This document shows positions 60,444 to 64,000 of a stretch of 64,000 nt of DNA, piece after piece. How positions within the stretch are numbered: the stretch's first letter is position 1; every line of letters begins with the position of its first letter. The DNA is from Haliotis rufescens (lineage: Eukaryota). The DNA lies in the NCBI RefSeq assembly GCF_023055435.1, contig NW_025963791.1, positions 41,478,001 to 41,542,000 of the forward strand, read 5' to 3'. The position numbers were made by a program, and so were the translations under genes. Below the pieces are notes generated by a model. It saw only the letters and a program-made list of their open reading frames with translations. It was not told the origin of the DNA and did no database searches.

Positions 60444-60533
60444 GATGCATACCATTCATAATCTCCACTAAAGCAAGCTACGAGTCCTAAATTCATCTGT
60501 TTTCTGGTTAAATCATAATTGAAACTTCCAAAC

Positions 60534-61240
60534 ATGGCATCCTCCTGTGCCGACCAGATCTGTTCACCGTCTGCCACTAAATTGTCGTCTGCTGCTGCCT
60601 CATGGAAGGACGACCCAATGTCTGCCTCCTTCCAACTCTTCAGTCTCATTGAAATGCAGGATAGATTCCTCGAACAAGTCCAGGCCATAGGTATGTACAT
60701 GTGTTCATTTAAAGGAATTGTTTCTTAAATGAAATTCTTTGGTTAAAATGGTCATTTCGTCATATCCGTACCACATAAATTAACATAGCTATACTATTTA
60801 TAAAGAACTGCTATTGTCATCATGATAACCTATACAACTAGCTGACTGATCAATGCATATATATCACTGTCTTCATTTATGATATAACTATTATTTACAC
60901 ACACAAAAGTACTAATAAGCTCCTGTCTCTCATTTCAGATGCCCACATCCTGGAACTGACCGAGAAAATCATGAGAGATGCAGTCAATGGCGGCCATGTT
61001 GGCCATGGGTTACTTCTGCTCAACAGGAAGTGTGTAGCTGAAGGTGTCCGTCAGGTGTACCTACGACTGGCCACACAGAAGTGGAGACAAGTCAGGCAGT
61101 GCTACAACTTCATCAGACAAAATTTTGAGGACCAGGACCACCTTTCAGCTGCTGATTTGGAGGAGTCACATAACCACGAGGTCACCCAGATTGCTCGTGG
61201 ACTTAGTATGGAGTGTTTTGCGTTCCAGCGATCATGCTAG
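60534..61240 (+). CDS. Uncharacterised two-exon helical protein, paralogue 3 (152 aa)
   Basis: Exons 60534-60690 and 60939-61240; GT-AG, phase 1; aacATGG start; TATATAG at 60213-60219; CArG CCATTAATGG at 60143-60152; AATAAA at 61366-61371. Confidence 0.87.
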
Positions 61241-62334
61241 CAGGATGACAACACTCTTAAAATGACTTGAATTGAAGATATGTCTTCACTGATGAACATC
61301 CAGTGCTCATTGTAAATATTGTTAACACGTGACGACATGACATGCTGTCGATGCGTGGTTTTGTAAATAAACTTTGAGAGTCAGTTGAGTTCTTTCTGTA
61401 CCCAGAGCCATGTCCTATAGAAAACAGTGACATTAATGACTGCTCTCTTTACGTATAAGCCTGGGTAGAGAAAGCTTCCCGTCCCGGATACCATCTTCAA
61501 ATGGCAGATTTTTAAAACGTTTTTTTTCAATTGATAGAAAACATATGACAATCCAACAATGCATTTCTATTCCCAACTTACTAAACACCAACTGATCTCC
61601 AGCGGAATACAAACTGCTGGCGACATTCTACCAACTCATTGCAACAATTATATGGGCAATTCTATGTTTTGCTGTATAAGCGGCATACACTTTTCGGAGG
61701 AGCAAGTATGGCAGCTTACAGATGAATAAGGTATCAAAGTTTTTGAAATACCTGAGGAAAATTAATAAAATATTGAATTTTCAGACTCCGCATTGCACAG
61801 TGCAAATATATATTGGCATCATATCTAATTATGAATTGTCAGTGCAAGAGACTAACCAATAACTATATTTTCAGCCGAAACAGATACTATTTGGCGTAAA
61901 GGGCAAATAGTTCTGGTAAGGGAATCGACCACTGAAAATCAGTGATGACTTCAGGTGATTGCGAAAAAGGTAAGCATGTCCTGCCCTACCAGTAGCACCC
62001 GCCATTCAAACAATTTGCATAAAAAAATGTGTTTAGTGCCTGACGCAGCACAGCAGTACTCCTGCCATGCGACGTCAGCCTGTAAACCAATCAGACAATC
62101 AAGTGATCGGCGAACCAGAAAATCCAGTGACACGAGAGTACCATTACTTTGTTAATTTTGAATTACGTCTGCTGTGTACAAGTGCAGATCTTTTGCTGTT
62201 AATATAGGTGAAGAAAAATGTTAAGAAATATATTCGTTTTGTAATTTTTTTTCAAACGATTTACGTAAGAGGGGTGAAAACATATCCCTCCTCCCTGTGC
62301 TATGCCATAAGCCCTACTCATCGAGTATACAGGG

Positions 62335-62472
62335 TGGGTATACAGTAGTCTAGTGGGTAAAGCGTTCGCTCGTCACACCGAAGACCCGGATTCGATTCCC
62401 AACAAGGGTTCCCCGCCGTGATATTGCTTGAATATTGGTAAAAGCGGCGTAAAATCAAACTCACTCACTCAC
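62335..62472 (+). mobile_element. SINE family C, internally deleted
   Basis: tRNA-like head (tagtctagtgg; attcgattccc); 14-bp TSD tcgagtatacaggg at 62321-62334 and 62473-62486. Confidence 0.85.
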
Positions 62473-62728
62473 TCGAGTATACAGGGCACACAATTTGACC
62501 AGCTGTCAAATACGCCGCAATTCGCTGTGTACAGTTGCCTCCCTTAGCTGTACCAGGATGTGTTATTCGTGGGTTAGAATCCCAGGATTGAAATGGTCCT
62601 TGATTTGTCAGCCCCTGCTCGTGGGATTTCACCAACCTGCATAACTTTGGAGTGACAGAAATACTGTTCAAAGAGACTTTATAAGTAACTAACTCACTAC
62701 ACAATACAGCGGATTACTAAACTCACTC

Positions 62729-62997
62729 GGGGGCACGGGTGGCCCAGTCGTCTAAGGCACCGCGACTCGCTGAGTTGCGTCCCTTGGGCACGCCAGAAAC
62801 CTATGATTGTGGGTTCGAATCCCGGTTGGCCCCGATTAAGTTTCTAGGTTTGTTAGCACCATACGCGTGCTCGTGGGTTTCACCGAAGTGGTAAACGTCT
62901 AAGACCTGCATCACTTCGGGCTTTCCTCCCACATTAAGCTGACACGCAATGATATAACTGTCATACTGTCAAAAGCGGCGTTTAACCCAACTCACTC
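62729..62997 (+). mobile_element. SINE family A, full-length young copy (older degraded copy at 62484-62700)
   Basis: A/B boxes; 13-bp TSD actaaactcactc at 62716-62728 and 62998-63010. Confidence 0.92.
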
Positions 62998-63089
62998 ACT
63001 AAACTCACTCACTCACTCACTCATGTGGCAGGTTAGACGGACATGTTGCACCAACGTTAATAATTCACATCTCTAGTGATACACACAGA

Positions 63090-63240
63090 TACCAAACTAT
63101 GTAAGTTGCCGGACTTGCCGATTGACAATGTCTTTGTCAAATTTGGGGATAGACCATTACGGCCAGTAGTAGGTATCCCCATGGGTACCAGCTATGCCCG
63201 TCTGATAGCTGATCTGTTTCTCTTTACATATGAATCGGAA
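63090..63240 (+). pseudogene. Penelope-like reverse transcriptase fragment
   Basis: IDNVFVKFGDRPLRPVVGIPMGTSYARLIADLFLFTYESE. Confidence 0.75.
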
Positions 63241-63721
63241 TCTGGCACCTTGGTCGGAACCTGGACCATAACGGCGCAGAATGGAAAGACATTAGGTAAC
63301 TGTAGTAGGGTTCAGTGAACCCTAGAAAGCAGTTACGACACCACCGATAGTGCAGGATACACTCACCTTTGGCGAAAACCTGGTGTCACCACTTATTTAA
63401 TAGTGATTCATAAACACATGCTGATGATGTAGTCGGAGTCATACAATGGTGGAGATTTCTTAAGAATATGGAAAGGATATATGTCGCTTTTATTTCACCA
63501 GAAAATCTAGGGTTCACAGGCGGAATGTAAACAACACAGGTCACTATTAAAAATCGACTACCTATTTTCATGGCATACTGTAGAATGTTTAATGCTGATA
63601 ACAACATCCTAATTCTCAGTTTCGGTTTCTCGTAAATCTACAATATCACACGAACTGAAAAAAAACCTAATGAAACTCCAAGCTACTTACTACATAATAT
63701 ACAAACACTCAAAGATAAAAC

Positions 63722-63987
63722 GACCCGCGAAGTTCCGGGGTAGAGAATAGGTCCTCAGCAACCCATGCTTGCCTTGAAAGGCGACTATGCTTGTCATAAG
63801 AGGAGACTAACGGGATCGGGTGGTCAAGCTTGCTGACTTGGTTGATCCATGTCATCATATCCCAATTTCGTGGATCAATGCTCATGATGTCAGTCACTGG
63901 ATTGTCTGGTCCAGACTCGATTATTTACAGACCGCCGTCATATAGCTGGAATATTGCGGAGTGCGGCGTTAAACAACAAACAACAAC
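63722..63987 (+). mobile_element. SINE-like family B
   Basis: Colinear with 12867-13138; double-hairpin variant. Confidence 0.9.
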
Positions 63988-64000
63988 ATACCAAATGGTT

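Larger units (their letters stand above)
57000..61380. repeat. Large inverted duplication (arms ~57000-58805 and ~59293-61380, spacer ~490 bp)
   Basis: Upstream region, promoter, both exons, intron and 3' UTR are reverse complements, e.g. 58485-58670 vs 59426-59611. Confidence 0.95.

Noticed and set aside
49419-60700. Antisense ORFs [13 protein letters not shown]... and alternative-frame ORFs [11 protein letters not shown]... in all three paralogues
   Set aside because: Expected shadows of a recently duplicated CDS; lengths and ends differ between copies, and splice, TATA and poly(A) signals support only the main frame.
62335-62830. tRNA-like sequences with A/B boxes (also at 6890-6997, 13955-14025, 55215-55322)
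   Set aside because: They continue into SINE bodies with TSDs and lack a complete cloverleaf, so they are SINE heads rather than tRNA genes.

Overview
AT-rich, intron-rich animal genomic DNA. The repeat repertoire suggests a mollusc, probably a gastropod such as abalone (inference only). Spliced gene models built by hand from GT-AG sites and phase continuity: (1) the last two exons of an unidentified + strand gene (758-2291); (2) ATP synthase subunit f (4 exons, -); (3) an F-box/LRR protein with an intronless CDS (+); (4) a FAM104/VCF-like protein (4 exons, -); (5) ANKRD54 (7 exons, -), head-to-head with (6) ALG1 (13 exons, +); and (7-9) three intact paralogues of an unrecognised two-exon gene encoding a 151-156 aa helical protein. 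One paralogue is nested antisense in ALG1 intron 10. The other two form a ~4.4 kb head-to-head inverted duplication, each with a TATA box and a CArG box. Non-coding DNA holds three SINE-like families sharing a 3' tail, MITEs, Helentron-like elements, Penelope-like relics with hammerhead-like cores and decayed transposase/RT fragments. Of five large minisatellites, four trace to SINE segments and one to a splice donor. There is one 304-nt assembly gap. Main candidates for novelty: the three-copy gene family and its palindrome, a pseudoknotted non-tRNA SINE head that has seeded tandem arrays, and a recurrent 15-bp motif shared by promoters and unrelated repeats.
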